A stretch of 64,000 nt of DNA, from positions 3,348,001 through 3,412,000 of the forward strand of contig CM030334.1 of NCBI GenBank assembly GCA_017654855.1, given 5' to 3'. Source of the stretch: Podospora anserina. Taxonomy: Eukaryota. Under the pieces are notes generated by a model. The model was not told the origin of the DNA, did no database searches, and worked only from the letters and a program-made list of their open reading frames with translations. The translations under genes were made by a program, and so were the position numbers. Positions 35,145 through 48,273 of the stretch are shown one piece after another. Numbering within the stretch: position 1 is the stretch's first letter; the number at the start of each line of letters is the position of its first letter.

Positions 35145-38100
35145 ATGTACGTTTATCGAATATTTTTTTCCCTCTTGTCACTGTCTGCACCACCTGTCAT
35201 CGTCATCACATCAACACTGTCGGAGGATTCCTACAATCAAGATGGACCGGTACTGTCACGGCGACGGCCGTTCTTTTGAGCCACCGCCGTCGTTACCCCT
35301 CCACAGTTACAGCCGGCATTCTCTTCCTCCACCGCACTGGCACGACCATCATCGCGAATCCAAGTTTGAAAGGACGCATTACTATGACAACCGGCCGCGT
35401 GATACACGTCCTACACAGGATCCAGCTCATCCAACTAACTCTTGCCGTGACAGGACGAGGTACACGGGTCAGTATCACCCTGACCGCCGTTCCCGTTCGC
35501 CCCGAGACAGATCTCCATATGGTGGCGAGCGTGACCGTGGTCCACCCCAACAGTACCCGGACAATGACCGCAGGCGTCCTATTGACGCGCGGGGAAATCC
35601 ATCCGGTTTCCCAAATCGGGAAGGATTTCGTAACGAGCCTCCACGCGGGCCCAAGGCGCTGCTAGACGCTCCGAATGGCCCACGTGGCGGGTTTGCTGGA
35701 GACTATCGCGGCAGAGGCAGAGGTGGTGGTGGGCGCGGACGGCCCACGTGGGGAAGAGACGATAGGCCAGATGTTGGACGCGACGACCCCCGCGATCGGC
35801 CTCACTTTCGAGATGAACGCAGCCGCGAGCGAGACTACCCGAGGGATCGAGAATGGGCTCCGCGTGACCGAGAACACAGCTTCCGCGGCCGAAGAACACC
35901 CCCCCCAAGGGGTCGATCTCCCTTAAGACGTGACTTTGACGTGGGTTTGAATGTGGACGCAGAGAGGGCCAGACGAGGGTCCAGAGATGGTCCGTTATCT
36001 GCTGGGTCATCAAACTCGGACCCGCCTTTTGGAGGACCCTTCCGAGGTTCATATCGTGGAAGGGGTGGGGGCAGAGGAGGAGGACGTGGGGGCGGTGATT
36101 GGGATCGTGGTGGAAGAGGCAGGGGATTCCACGGCGATGACCGTCCTGACCATCGCTTCCCCCGCAGCCATTCCCAGGACGGTCGATATGGACGGGAACC
36201 AGATGTTCGAGATCACCGAGAGCCTAGGTACCAGGAGTTCACTAGGGACATTCGAGATGATCGCCCGATGGGAAGAGACAGGGAGCACGATCTCATTCGA
36301 CCGAAACCGATCGACCGCGTATCCAACGACCCGCCTTCAGCAAAGGACGTTTCGCCTCCTCCCCTTGCGCCTTCAGCCCCCGCCTTTGGCACAGTCCCGA
36401 GCCGCCCACCCGCCACGACGGACATTCAGTCAATGACAGGGAAACCACCTCCAACCGGACCTAGAGCGTTAGCGGTGGAGGAGCGGCCACCCTCTGCAGG
36501 TCAAGGCGTGAGCAATGATAGAGCCCCTCCTACCGGCCCCTCGAAAATCCACGGGGAAGCTAGTCCCACCATTCCATCTGGACCCCGGGCCCACCGAGAT
36601 GCCAAGCAGCCCCAAAGGTCTAGCAAACAGTGGATCAATACTGGTGCGTTCAATGCCAAGAAGACGCAGGAATCCCCCAAATCCGCAAGGTCCATGAGCG
36701 TGGTCTCGCAGCACCCAAGACCCTTTGGTGGCTTCCGCCCAGAATCCTCCCATACGGACTTCCACAGCGAATACAACAAGCGGCCCCGTAGTCCGGATGC
36801 CAAGTCAGATTCACACACAGAGCGATATGGGGGTTTCCGTGGCACCGGTGTCAACGACATCGCCATTGCCTACCAGAGAGGATCTCACTCGGCCAGGGCG
36901 TCATTGGACCGTGACATGAGGCTGAGTCTGGATGATGGTGACTTGAAAGTGGGCGCAGCCGAGCCTGTCGTTGAGCGAGCTCAAACAGAACGGCAACCGG
37001 ACCGTGTCAAGGAACCAACTCCCAGTCCGGTGACGTTGGAAGCTGTTGAGCCCTCCGAGGACAAAATAGAAGAGGCGAAACAGTCGACAGTCCCACCGCC
37101 AGAGTCACACCCTCTCGACTTTGACGTCCCTTCATCGGGAGTCAGGCTACAGGAGAAGCACCTGCCCGCGTCGGCGGAAGAGACTGAGGAATCGGACGAG
37201 GATGACGAAGATCTTAACGATTATTTTTCGCAACAGGTATCCAAGGCCGAGGCCGAGCTCAAGAAGCTGCACGAGATGGTGGACGGTTCGACCATTCAAA
37301 TCGTTGCGCGGTATACAACTGTGGAAAATAATGCCATGGTCAGGGTGGTTGTCAGCCCTGTTACCGTCCAGAACAAGGTGAAGCCCATTCCTGATGGTTT
37401 CACGTTTCCCCCGACAAAACCGCAACAGGTTGATCCAGTTGAGCCCGAGGCAGCCTTGCCGCAGCCTCAAGTGCAAGATGAGGAGATGCCAGACGCCATG
37501 CCTGAGGCGCCGGCGAGCCCTACGATCGAAAAGGCGGACGAAGTGGCCGAGCAGCAGCTTCCTGAGCCACAACCCAAGGTGGAGGACATGGATGTTGAGG
37601 GCTCAGCCCTTCCGTCAGTGCCAGCTGTGCAGGACGCTAACCTACATGACGAGGACGTCAGTATGGAGGATGTTTCTGAAGTGCACGAGACGGTGGAGCC
37701 TCCGCATCCTCCAGCGTCTGTGAATGGGGAGCCCGGCAGAAATGGCATTCATGCCCCGTTCATGCAAGCTGCCCACACCCCCTCGCACATGGATGACGAC
37801 AGCGAGGACAGGACAGAGGACGACGGGAGCATCTACGATACTGTCGAGCATGCTCGCGAGTTTTCCGCCACACCGCCAACCGAAGACCTGCCCATCTACA
37901 ACGTCAAACCCTGGGAGCAGAGCAGACGAGCATTCCGAACTGAGGAGAGCTCCCCCAACTTTGGAAACTTTGTGCTTGCCAGCATCCAACGAGAGACTGC
38001 TACCGCCGAGACGGCGCAAGACGTGTCCCGGCGGCAGTATGCTCAAGATTACGAGTCTTACTTGAAGTTTACCCAGTCGGATGACCCGGTTGCCATCAAG

Positions 38101-39984
38101 AGCAGAGCACACTTTACGAATGAAGTTTCGGTCAAGGAGGCCAAGGGGCCACAATCGGAAAACAAACCAGAAGGCAGAGGGACGCGAGCGCGTTTTGCTA
38201 CGGAATATGATCTGAAGAAAGCCCTGGAGCAGTCGCAGCGGGAGTTTGCCGAGAGGCAGGAGCGGGAAGACCGAAGCCAGAAGGAAAAGTACCGCACGGA
38301 CAAGGAGGCGGTGATCCCTGACATGCTGTGGACCACGGCAGAAAAGGAGCAGGCCTCATTTTATGATACTGCCGGCAAGCTTCCCTTGGAGAAACTGGTG
38401 GCCACTTGGGACGTCGTTCCCTGGCATGTCAACTTCACCGAGGAGGAGGCCGAAAAGTTTGAGAAGGCCTACCTGGAGTTCCCCAAGCAGTGGGGCAAGA
38501 TTGCAAAGGAGCTGCCCAACCGCGACACCGGCACTTGTATCCAGTATTACTATGCCATGAAACGGGAGCTGGGGCTCAAGGAGAAGCTCAAGAAACAGCC
38601 AAAGAAGCGCAAGAAGGGTGGACGTGCTAAGCAGCGCTCCAGTGCTTTGGTGTCGGAGTTGGGCAATGGTGAACACGAAACCGAAGACGCCACTCAGGAA
38701 ACTGGCGAGAACGGTGAGCGTCGCCGCCCTCCCCGTCGTGCTGCCGCTCCCAACTTTGGCGGCAACGAGGCCACACCGAATGCCGACTCGGACGGCGCAA
38801 CCCCGGCTGCCACCCCGGCCCGGAGGAGAGGCGGTACTGCAATTGAGGGTGCCAAGAACGACAGCGGGGCCGAGAAGGCAGAGGGCAAGAGAGCCCGGGG
38901 CAGAAAGCAGGTCAAAGACAAGGCTGGTCAAGATGCCAAGGGCATGAAACCCGCACCGTCAACACAAACCCCGGTGCCGCTTCCGCTACCTGTGCCGAGC
39001 AACAAGGGCGGTCGATCACGGGCCAACTCCAAGGCTCAGGGCCCCGAGTGGGCTTCCCCCCAGACCCCTGTCGACATTGCTGCCCGGCCCCCGGGACACT
39101 TTGAGGCGCCTCCCGGGGGCATGCAACCGCCCCTGGCCCCCGTTCAGCAGCCGCCGCTGTCAAGCCCCGAGAGGGCAATGGGCCCGATGCAGTCGACCAT
39201 GTCCGAGGTCATGGCAGCGCCGTCCCTCCGGCCAGAGCCGCCGCTGTCCCAGACGTCAGTCCCCACATTCGACATCCCTCAGCCAGCCGGGCCCGATCGC
39301 ACTCGTACCCCACAGCAGGCGTCGAGCTACTGGAGCGTTTCAGAGTCAAACGACTTCCCCGGTCTGCTGCGGGCTTTTGGCACCGACTGGAACGCCATTG
39401 CTGCCCATATGCAAACCAAGACAGCCACCATGGTACGCCCAACCCCAACAGCCTTTTCTCTTTCCCATCCCACCCCGTTCCCGTCCCCATACCCGTCCCC
39501 GTCCCCGGACATGACAACTAACTACTCGGACTTGCAGGTCAAAAACTTTTATATGCGTCAGACCAAGGAGGGTGGCAGGAGGGAGACCAATGTGGACTGG
39601 GAGCACATTGCTACCGAAGCCGACGCCAAGCTTCGTCGCGGGGAGAAGCGTCCTGCTCCGCCGACACCGACCCAAGGACCCCGGAAGAGATATGATGTGC
39701 CGACGGGACACCGGCCCCTGGCTGCTGCCGAACCCGAGGAGCACACGCCTACCAAGATTGAGCCGATGCCGGCGAACAACCACTTTACGCGCTTCCAAAT
39801 ACCGATCGCACAGGCCGCTCCCGTGTCACATCCGATGGCTCAAACTACCCAGCCTGTCATGTCCGCACCGCTGACTTCATCGGCCGCCGTGCAACAGCAA
39901 GCCCCACCCACCGGACCAGTTGTCACACAGGCCATGTCACCGCATCTTCACCCTCTCCGACCACCGGCCCCGCCTTTTCCCTTT

Positions 39985-40018
<34 letters not shown>

Positions 40019-42384
40019 GGGAACCCGAGCCGACGCCGCCGCCAGTGTTGTCTCAGCATCCGCACCCGCACCCGCACCCGCAGCAGCCCCAACCACAGCA
40101 ACAGCAGCCGTCTCAGATGCCCCGGCAAACTCCGCAGCCCGTGCCGATTTCCCAGAAGGCCCCTGTGTCTGCTGCCCCGATTGTGCCCGTGTCAGACGCT
40201 GTGCCTCCACCGGCAGGCTGGCCATCGTCCAGCACCTTCTCACTGCTGGGGCAGCCCAAGGACAGTCGCGACGGCCGCCATGCTGCTGAGAGAGAACGTC
40301 AACCCATGGGTCTTGGTCAGCGTGAGCCACCACGGCAAGCAGAGCGGGCGCCACCGTTGCGCATGAAGCAGGATCCTGATCAACCTCCTCACACCCCAGA
40401 GGCTTACCCGGCATACCAGCCGCCACGCACTGCTCCACCTCGGAGCGAACCAATCCCGCTGGCAAGGCAGCCAGAACCACCACATCGTGTCACACCAGCT
40501 GCCCCCATGTATGGACCCAGCATTCAGGGCCAGCCCATGCGAGGACTTCTCAACGACCCAGTGCCTACCCAGCAAGCACCTTCTGTGGGGCCGGGCATGG
40601 AGAGGCCGCTGTCAACAGCCCAGAGACCGGCGGCGGTGTCGATGCAGGAGCACTTTGCGCCCATTCCAGCTTCTGCTCCTCCGGTTCCTCCACCACAGCC
40701 TGCGCCAGCCGCCCCGCGACCACCGGAGCCACGCAAGACCAGCAACCTCAACTTCCTGCTCAACGATGACCCTCCACCCGCCCCAAAGCGTATCGCCGAC
40801 GTGTCGTCCATGGGCGTGAAGCCGAGCTCAACGCCACCACCTCAGCCGATGGCTGCTCGCCAGCCGCCTCCCCCAACATCAGCTCCGGCGCCGCCAAGAA
40901 GAGAGGAGGCTGGTTACCCATATGCTCGCAACCCACCGCCCTCGCACCAAGGTCCTCCTCCCTCGGCTATCCCCCCGCTGAAGCCGAGCTACCCTGCACA
41001 GTCGCCGCGGTCTGGACATTCACGGGCGCCGAGTGCCAACATTGTTCCCTCCATGGACCCTGCTCTGGAGCCATCGCGAGCGGAATATTATCCGCGCCAC
41101 TATGCTCAGCATCAGCCAAGTGCAACTAATTCTCCTCAGCCACACACGGCTCATCACTATGGTCAGCCTCCTGCTCAGCATCCCCAGCTTTCACAGCAGA
41201 TGCCTCAACATCAGCATGCTCAGCAACAGCCACCGCAGCCGCCACAGCCGCAACAGCACCCGCAGCAGGCTCAGATGGCGTATCCACCACAGGGCTATCA
41301 GGGATATCCCGTCAGCCAAGCGCACGCTCCCTCTCCTACACCTCAATATGCTCCTCATCCTGGCATGGCGGTAAGGAGGGAGCCACAGCCCCAAACCGGA
41401 CGCGAATCTTGGTCGCAGCCCCCGCAAGTATCAACTAGCCAACAGCAACAGATGATTCAGCAGGAGCAGCAGGAGCGGGAGCGACAGCGCCAGCAGATGC
41501 TCCAACAGCAGCAGCATGCCCATGGCCATCAGATTCCTCAGCAGCCTCCCCAGCAACACCAGCCACCCAGCAACTGGCCGCCATCTCAACAAGGGACCCC
41601 GCAAAAGCCGAGCCAGCCTGTTCCCGCGCACACGGCTTGGGGAGTTCAGCATGGTGTACAGGCCAAGCCACCTGTCACCAGCTCGGTACCGTCGCAGCAG
41701 CAGCATGCTTGGGCACCAACAGGCTCTCATCAGCAACAACCCCAGCCGTTCAACCTGAGGGAGAGTCGTGGTCCTCCTGTATATCCCCACGAAACGCAGA
41801 GCCCAACGGCCGGCATTGTCCATCATCAACACCAGGGCTCGATTGGAAGCGGTAGGTACGCTCAACCCCAACAAGATGCAAGACGAGAGCCTGGTCCACC
41901 AACCCAGCCATTCCCTCGGTACGCCACTCCCGGCCCCGGCCAGACTAGAGATCCCGGCGCCAGGAGTTACACCCCTGTGAACTCGTTTGATCCTCGTGGC
42001 CCGCCGCCGCCGCCGCAGGCATATGGTCAGCCGGATATGAGGGACGCTCACATGCGAGAGGCACAATTTGGCAGAGATCCCAGGGAGATGGGCAGGGACC
42101 CAAGGGAGATGGCCAGAGACCCTAGGGAGATGGGAAGAGATCCTAGGGAAATGGGACGTGATCCGAGAGAGATGGGCAGGGATCCTAGGGACATTGCGAG
42201 GGAGCAAGCGCAGGCCCAGGCTCAAGCTCAGCATCATGCTCAGGTGCAGGCTCAGGGACCGCCCCGCGGCCCGGTTCAAGGTCAGGGGACGACACAGGCG
42301 CAGGCCCAGCTTCAGGCGCAGCAGAGGATACTGAGACCGCAGGAGGGTTATGATCGGCCTCCTCCTCGAAGGGAGGGTTATTGA
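35145..42384 (+). CDS. SNT1: Snt1-like SANT/Myb-domain protein (Set3 deacetylase complex / NCoR-like)
   Basis: First SANT domain 'FTEEEAEKFEKAYLEFPKQWGKIAKELPNRDTGTCIQYYY'. Second SANT domain 'SYWSVSESNDFPGLLRAFGTDWNAIAAHMQTKTATM|VKNFY', split by intron 39433-39537. The start is probably AT|G across intron 35147-35453, with an alternative ATG at 35242. Confidence 0.85.
42070..42195 (+). repeat. Coding 21-bp repeat x6 (GRDPREM heptad)
   Basis: Translation reads GRDPREM GRDPREM ARDPREM GRDPREM GRDPREM GRDPRDI. Confidence 0.9.
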
Positions 42385-43068
42385 GGGGCGTGATCAGAAT
42401 GACTTGTCCTTGCGCCTCGAAGCGTTCCTTTACGGTTTGATGGTTACATTACAGGGGAGGGAGGCCAGTCTCGAAGGCGCTGCGGCCCTTCTCCAAGCGT
42501 TAGTTGGGTTTTATTCGGGTGAAAAGATGAGCGATGATTTGGAAATCAGAGATAAAAGAAAACAAGCGCATTGTTGACTGGGAACCGAGAAAAGGGACAG
42601 TCCGATGGAAGAAAAACTGGGGGGGAAAAGCCAGGAATAGTCAGCGGGTTGGGTTTATATGGTTTTTATCGTATGGCTTTTTGTTACTTTTATAAGGCAG
42701 GCTTCTGGAATTTGGGGAGGGCATGATTCAATGGAGCGGTTTCTGCGTTTTCATTTGGTGGGGATGGGGAGGGGAGGTTTCGGGGGCGTTCATTATAGGG
42801 GGTTTAGGATGAAATGGTGTTTTTTGTTAGATGTAGTCTATAAGGAATGTTTATGGTATGGCTTTGTAATTTTTGAGGTTTCTGTGACATTGCCATCTTT
42901 TGTTGTGTTTTCTCCTCGAGTTGGGGTAATGTTCATGTTCAATTTTGTTTCATTGTTTGGTTGCGCTTGCACTTTGTTGGTGTCTTGCTATGGTTTGTCC
43001 AGAGTTATAGGCCAGGGAAGCCATTACCGCACTATGTCCCAGTCCTCTTATCCCTGAAGTGTTCTCCA

Positions 43069-44403
43069 TTACAACTTGGAGTAAATCACCTCTTCAAACT
43101 CCTTGATCAACGGCCTAACTTGCAAATCCCCCGGCTGGACAATCTGCGTGGCGAAAATACCGCACACGCCCGCCTCCCGGTCGATGAACTGTATCCCCAT
43201 GATGTCAGCATATTTCTTTCCCCCTTTTCCTCAAAGTTTGGCCCTACTCACCCAAGCAAGATTAAAAGCCCCACCCCACTGAACAAACCCCCTTTTCCTC
43301 CCTCTATTACCCGTCGTCCCAGGCTCAGCAGTAACCAACCCAGCAGGACTCCAATCGTACTCTGCTCCCCCCTCCACAGGGTTGACCCACCCCACCATCC
43401 AATCCCTCCCCTCCCCCTTTAGACTCTCATTCAAGACCTTTTTGCTCTCGGGTGTCAAACACCCCCCAAATAACACCGCCTGCCACTCCGGCCTCAGCAA
43501 CCTGCTCTTATTTGGCTCCAGAAAGTCAGCGAGGATGGTGACATAGGCCTTCATGCTCCCAAACCCCCCCTCCCCCCCCATAGCCTCATTCTCTGCCGGA
43601 CTATCCGCCAGCTTGTGATGGGAAAGTTTCCCCTTCCCCCGGGTCGTCATACCCGCTCGGCGTCCGTCGAGGGCGTCGTACCGAGCAGGATAAAAGGTGA
43701 TCTCCCCCCTTTTGATCCCCAACACTGACAGGATATTATCCTGCAAGTAAATCTCTAGCTTGACACCAGAGAGCCTTTCTACCAACAAACCCCCCCAGTC
43801 CAGTCCCGAGCCGTAGACCCATCCCTTTCCGGGTTGGAACGACAACGGGTAAGAGCACCGCTCGGGTACTGTACTTCCCCCAACCGGGGTCAAGGGGACG
43901 GGGACGGTCTTGTTGGTGATGGTGGTGAGGTAGGTTACCACGTCGGGGTTGTTCCAGGTGTAGGAGCAGCCTGACGAGTGGGTCAGGAGGTGTTTTAACA
44001 GTATCGGTTCTGTTCGTGGAGACAGAATTGGTTGTCCGTCGGGGGTGAACCCGCTCAAAACAGGTTGGGCGGCCAGTTCCGGGAGGTGGGGGGAGATGTC
44101 AGTCGCGAGGGCTATCTTCCCTGATTGGACCTGCTGCAGGACCGCGATGGAGGTGAGGAGTTTGGTTGTGGAGGCCATGGCGAGGATGCTGTCTGGTTGG
44201 AGGGGGGTATTTGCTGGACTGGAAGAAGGGGAGAGGGACAAGGGGCCGAGGGAGTGGGTGTAGTTGAGTTTGCCTGGGGGGGTGTCAGTATGAGACGGTG
44301 GGAAAAGGGGAATACCATCTTTTGACCTGACGAGCATCACCGCACCGGGGAGGACGTCATTCTCAATGGCCTTTTGAACGGTGGACTCAAATTCGGGTGT
44401 CAT
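43069..44403 (-). CDS. Beta-lactamase/transpeptidase-family serine hydrolase (LovD-like), 3 exons
   Basis: SxxK motif 'MASTTKL', plus 'LLTHSSG', 'PLSFQPGKGWVYG' and 'WGGAFNLAW|FIDRE'. Introns 44274-44315 and 43189-43251. Confidence 0.9.
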
Positions 44404-44412
44404 CTTTGTTGA

Positions 44413-44465
44413 TGTTGGTGTTGGTGTTGGTGTTGGTGTTGGTGTTGGTGTTGGTGTTGGTGTTG
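44413..44465. repeat. (TGTTGG)n hexamer microsatellite just upstream of the hydrolase ATG
   Basis: Seen directly. Confidence 0.9.
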
Positions 44466-44977
44466 ATGTTGATGATGTTGACCGTGACTGATAAAGGTGT
44501 GGGTGACACGGCTTATAACCCCAAGAGATGCGGGGACCGCCTCGGTAGATCAATCCCGACCCCCCTCACCACCCGGAAATAAATGTAACCACGACCACAC
44601 CATCACGACTAGTAGTATGCTTCCCAAAATAATCTGACAGCATGTTACACAGAACCCTTCACCAGTAAAATGACTTACACACAGTAGAGTAGCACATCTG
44701 TTCTAGCAATAAATGCAACTGGCTGGTATCGCGCTACACGGAAACACTGCCCCCCTTTCACTTCAATACTCTGTCAAGTGCTAGCAATTCCAGAATTCCT
44801 AACCAAACTTGAAGCAAGACAACAACAAAAACCCCAGCTGACTAAAACATGGCAATAACAAAACAAACAAAAACAGGGTATATTCCCCACCAATCCATTC
44901 CCTTTCCAGCCAGCCAGCCTCTCAGACATACCGTGACGAAACCATCAAAATCATGCCCTCGAAAAGAAAAACTTTCT

Positions 44978-47900
44978 TTACAACTGCTCATCCCTCACCT
45001 CCCCATTCTCCTTATCCCTATCACCCTCCTCACCCGGCCCCGTCCCATTGACCTCCCCCTCCGCAGCCTCCTCCCCAACCGGATCCTCCGGAATGATCCC
45101 ATTCTGCCTCTCCCACACCTCCCTCCTGATCCTCTCCTCCTTTGCCTTCCTCGCCCTCTCCACCTCCTCCACCCCCCCACTCTTCTTCAGCCTCCCCTCC
45201 TCGACAAAGTTCGTCAGCTCCTTCTTAAGCGGGTTCTGCATCCTCGTCTCCAGCTCCTTCTGCCTCAGCTTCTCGGCCCGCTCAATCGCCTCCAGCCGGT
45301 TCTCATGATTCGGCTGCAGCGCCCTCACCTCCCCCAACACACCCTCCTTCGCATCCCTAGGATCAACAAAGGCATTGCTGTTGATCGAGTTCAGCCCCTT
45401 GCTAAATTGCCTCAGCACCGGTCTCCCCTCCACCGCGCCGCCGTTCGACCCCGCATCCTTCATCTGTTCCTTGGTAGCCTGCTCCACCAGCGCAAACGTC
45501 TCGGAAGCCTTTTCCAAATCGTCCCTCAAATCCACAATCAAGTCCTCCATCACCCGCAGCTCGTCCCGGCCCTGGCAGACATCCTCCAGTTCCTTCTCCC
45601 AAATCTTGGTCCACACTGGCTTCTCCTGCTTCATGTACTCCTCCATCTTGTTCAGCTCCTTGGTGAGCTGGGTGATGTCCTTGGTGACAGACTCGAGCTG
45701 TCTAGGGAGAGGGCGCACGCCGCGGTGGACAACGTCCTTGCGTAGATCCTCCACCAAGTCTTGCAAGTCGTCCACCTTGTTGACAAGCCTGTCGCTGTCC
45801 GTGTTAAGCTGCTTCCGGCCATTAATGACATATGCCCGTCCGCTGTCGCCTTCAATGTCCGGAACGGCAATCTTGGCGGCCGTTGCCTTGACGCTGTTGG
45901 CCTTGCTGCGAAGAGCAGACATGGAACTTTGGATATCGGATTGAAAGTTCGAGTACGTCTGTCGCAAAACAGCCAGGTCTCGGCGCAAGCTCTGAATCTC
46001 GGTGATCTGGGATGTGCTGAGCTTGCGAGCGGCCACCCCAGCAGCACTTGCGACCGACTTGGGTGAATCCATAGCTGGCGACATGATGGCAGGGGGAGGA
46101 GCAGCAGCCAACCGCGCAACGTCCCTGGCGGTCTCGTTCTGGCGCTCCGCGACCCTCAGCAGAGCAGCCCCATGATCATCCACATTCTGCTTGACCTCTT
46201 CGACAATCTTCTTGAGGCTACCAATACCCTCATCGATATGCTTCTTCACTTCGTCAAGGGTCTCAATGTTGAGCACGAGCACCGTCCTGTCCTTAATGTC
46301 CGACAAGTCCTCCAGCTCGTGACGCACGCCCGAAATGGGATCCTGAATATAGATGTCCGGCAGGTCTGCTCCGTTTTGCTGAGTGTTCCACGAAAACTTC
46401 TCAATAAATGCCAGCTGCAAACGGCCAATCGAGAGCTCCTCATATCCTTCTGGGAGAACAAATTTCTTGACCTTGGACTTGTACTGCAGAAACAATGTTA
46501 GTTCTTTCGTAGCGGGAGGCGTGTTGTCCATCCCAAACGAACTCGACGGCTTGTCAGGGGTAGGAGCACGAGCAACCGCGGCAGACTTGGGGGGTGCTTT
46601 GGGGGGCTTCTCCTCCTCTTCCTCATCCAGGCCGGCTGCTGGCATCACATCAGCTGGCGGGCTCGTCAAAGTAGCGCTCGGCCTGAACCTTTCCTCTGGA
46701 GATTCAGGCTCGGCGGTTTCTGGCCTTGATGCCGGGAGTTCCGCCGGACCGCTCTCTGACTCCTCCAACACTCTGCTCGGAACCCGCATCGGCGACGATG
46801 CATCCATAGGTGCCGCACGCGAAGACTTGTTTCGCTGATGCCGAGCATTATCCCTCGTAGATATCGCCCGCATCGACTCCCTCATCTCTCCTCGGCCGCG
46901 ATTCGGAATCGGCGTGGTCTGCGGTGGGAGCATAGGGACCCCCTGAGCGCCCACCAGCTTGGAGATCTGGTAGGCCGAGTATCTGCGTGAGGCGCGTCTC
47001 TCGAGATCACCGCCCCTCTGCAAGGCCGCCAGGGCACTTTGCTGAGATTGCTTTGGCGGCGGAGGAGGCGGTGGGAAGTTGTCCAAGCTACTCATATCGC
47101 CGGCCGAGGGTCCTGAAGGCATCGTCTCATCGCCGGGATAAGGGGGCATGACCGGAATGTTCTGCATCGTGTTGCTGGAAAGGCTGGACTCCCCCGAGTT
47201 GGCCGAACCGCGAGACTGCTCTCGTTGCGACAAATATCGTCTGGTAGGGGAGTTGTTGATATTATTCCTTCCATCATCTCGTTGGCTCTGTGGCCGGTAT
47301 CCGCCATCCTCCAGTCCCTCGTTCAGTAGTGTCGTTAGTCCCGAGTTGACGCTTCCCATGGTGCTCGTGCTGGTCGTCCGTCCAGGAGGGTTGGGTGCGG
47401 TTGGGCCATCCCCCGAGCCTCCCTGATCGCTCGGTTGTCCATTTTCCCTCTCTCTCTGTTGCCTTTGACGCAATCTTGTTTGCTTTCTCTTCAGTCCATG
47501 CAGCAAGTTGATGATGATGTCGCGGATCTGTGGCAAGTATCTATCCAGACTCTCCACACTCGCTTCCTGGCTCAAAGTAGACTCTAAAATATTCCTTAGC
47601 AGCTCGGGCACATTTCCGAGGTCAGATGTATCGACATTAATGGCTGTAAAGGCCCGGCAGGCCATGTTGAACTCGTATCCCAAGCGGACATAGACATCGG
47701 ACACCTGCGTGTCGGTGGCGTTTCCTCGGGACCATTGCGTCAGAGTTTCCAATAGCTGCTTCGTGGCAACCAGCAGGTGTGTTACGCTCTTTTCGATTTG
47801 GGAGAGGGGCACGGAAGTACTTGCTGACGACTTTTTGAGAGGCATGGTTAGCAAGGCACAGGGAACTTGGGCACGCACGATACAGTCTGGAAAATTGCAC

Positions 47901-48273
47901 ACTGAAAGAGGCAGCACTCATTCAAAACAAAAGAAGATGGAGGGGTCTTGCTGAAACGAGAGCCGTTAAGGTGGTGGTGCATGAAGCCGGCTGTGGTGTG
48001 TCGACATTGGCTGAAACGCGGACAGGCGGGACATGGGAAGGAAGCAAAAAGTGAACAAGACCCAAGACTCACATTGGTCCGCCGAGTGCCATCGCTCCTA
48101 TTCAAGCTCCCGCTGACAGGCTGCATAGGCCTCGATGATGTAGATGCCCGGGGCGCAACGGGGCGGTTGGTGCCGACGCCGACGGCGGGAGAGATAGATC
48201 GTTGCTGGAGGTTTGGCGGAGGGCCCAACTCTGCGCCGGGCGAGCGTCGCTGCGAGCTTCGTATCGAAGTCAT
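44978..48273 (-). CDS. BUD6: Bud6/Aip3 actin-interacting polarisome protein
   Basis: Motifs 'IEKSVTHLLVATKQLLETLTQWS', 'LFLQYKSKVKK', 'VDDLQDLVEDLRKDV..RGVRP' and 'EKPVWTKIWEKEL'. A probable first exon 48073-48273 is joined by intron 47831-48072; the 5' model is less certain. Confidence 0.9.

Noticed and set aside
44849-45944. 298-aa and 189-aa plus-strand ORFs
   Set aside because: Antisense to Bud6; their Leu/Pro/Ser-rich composition comes from the G-rich sense strand.
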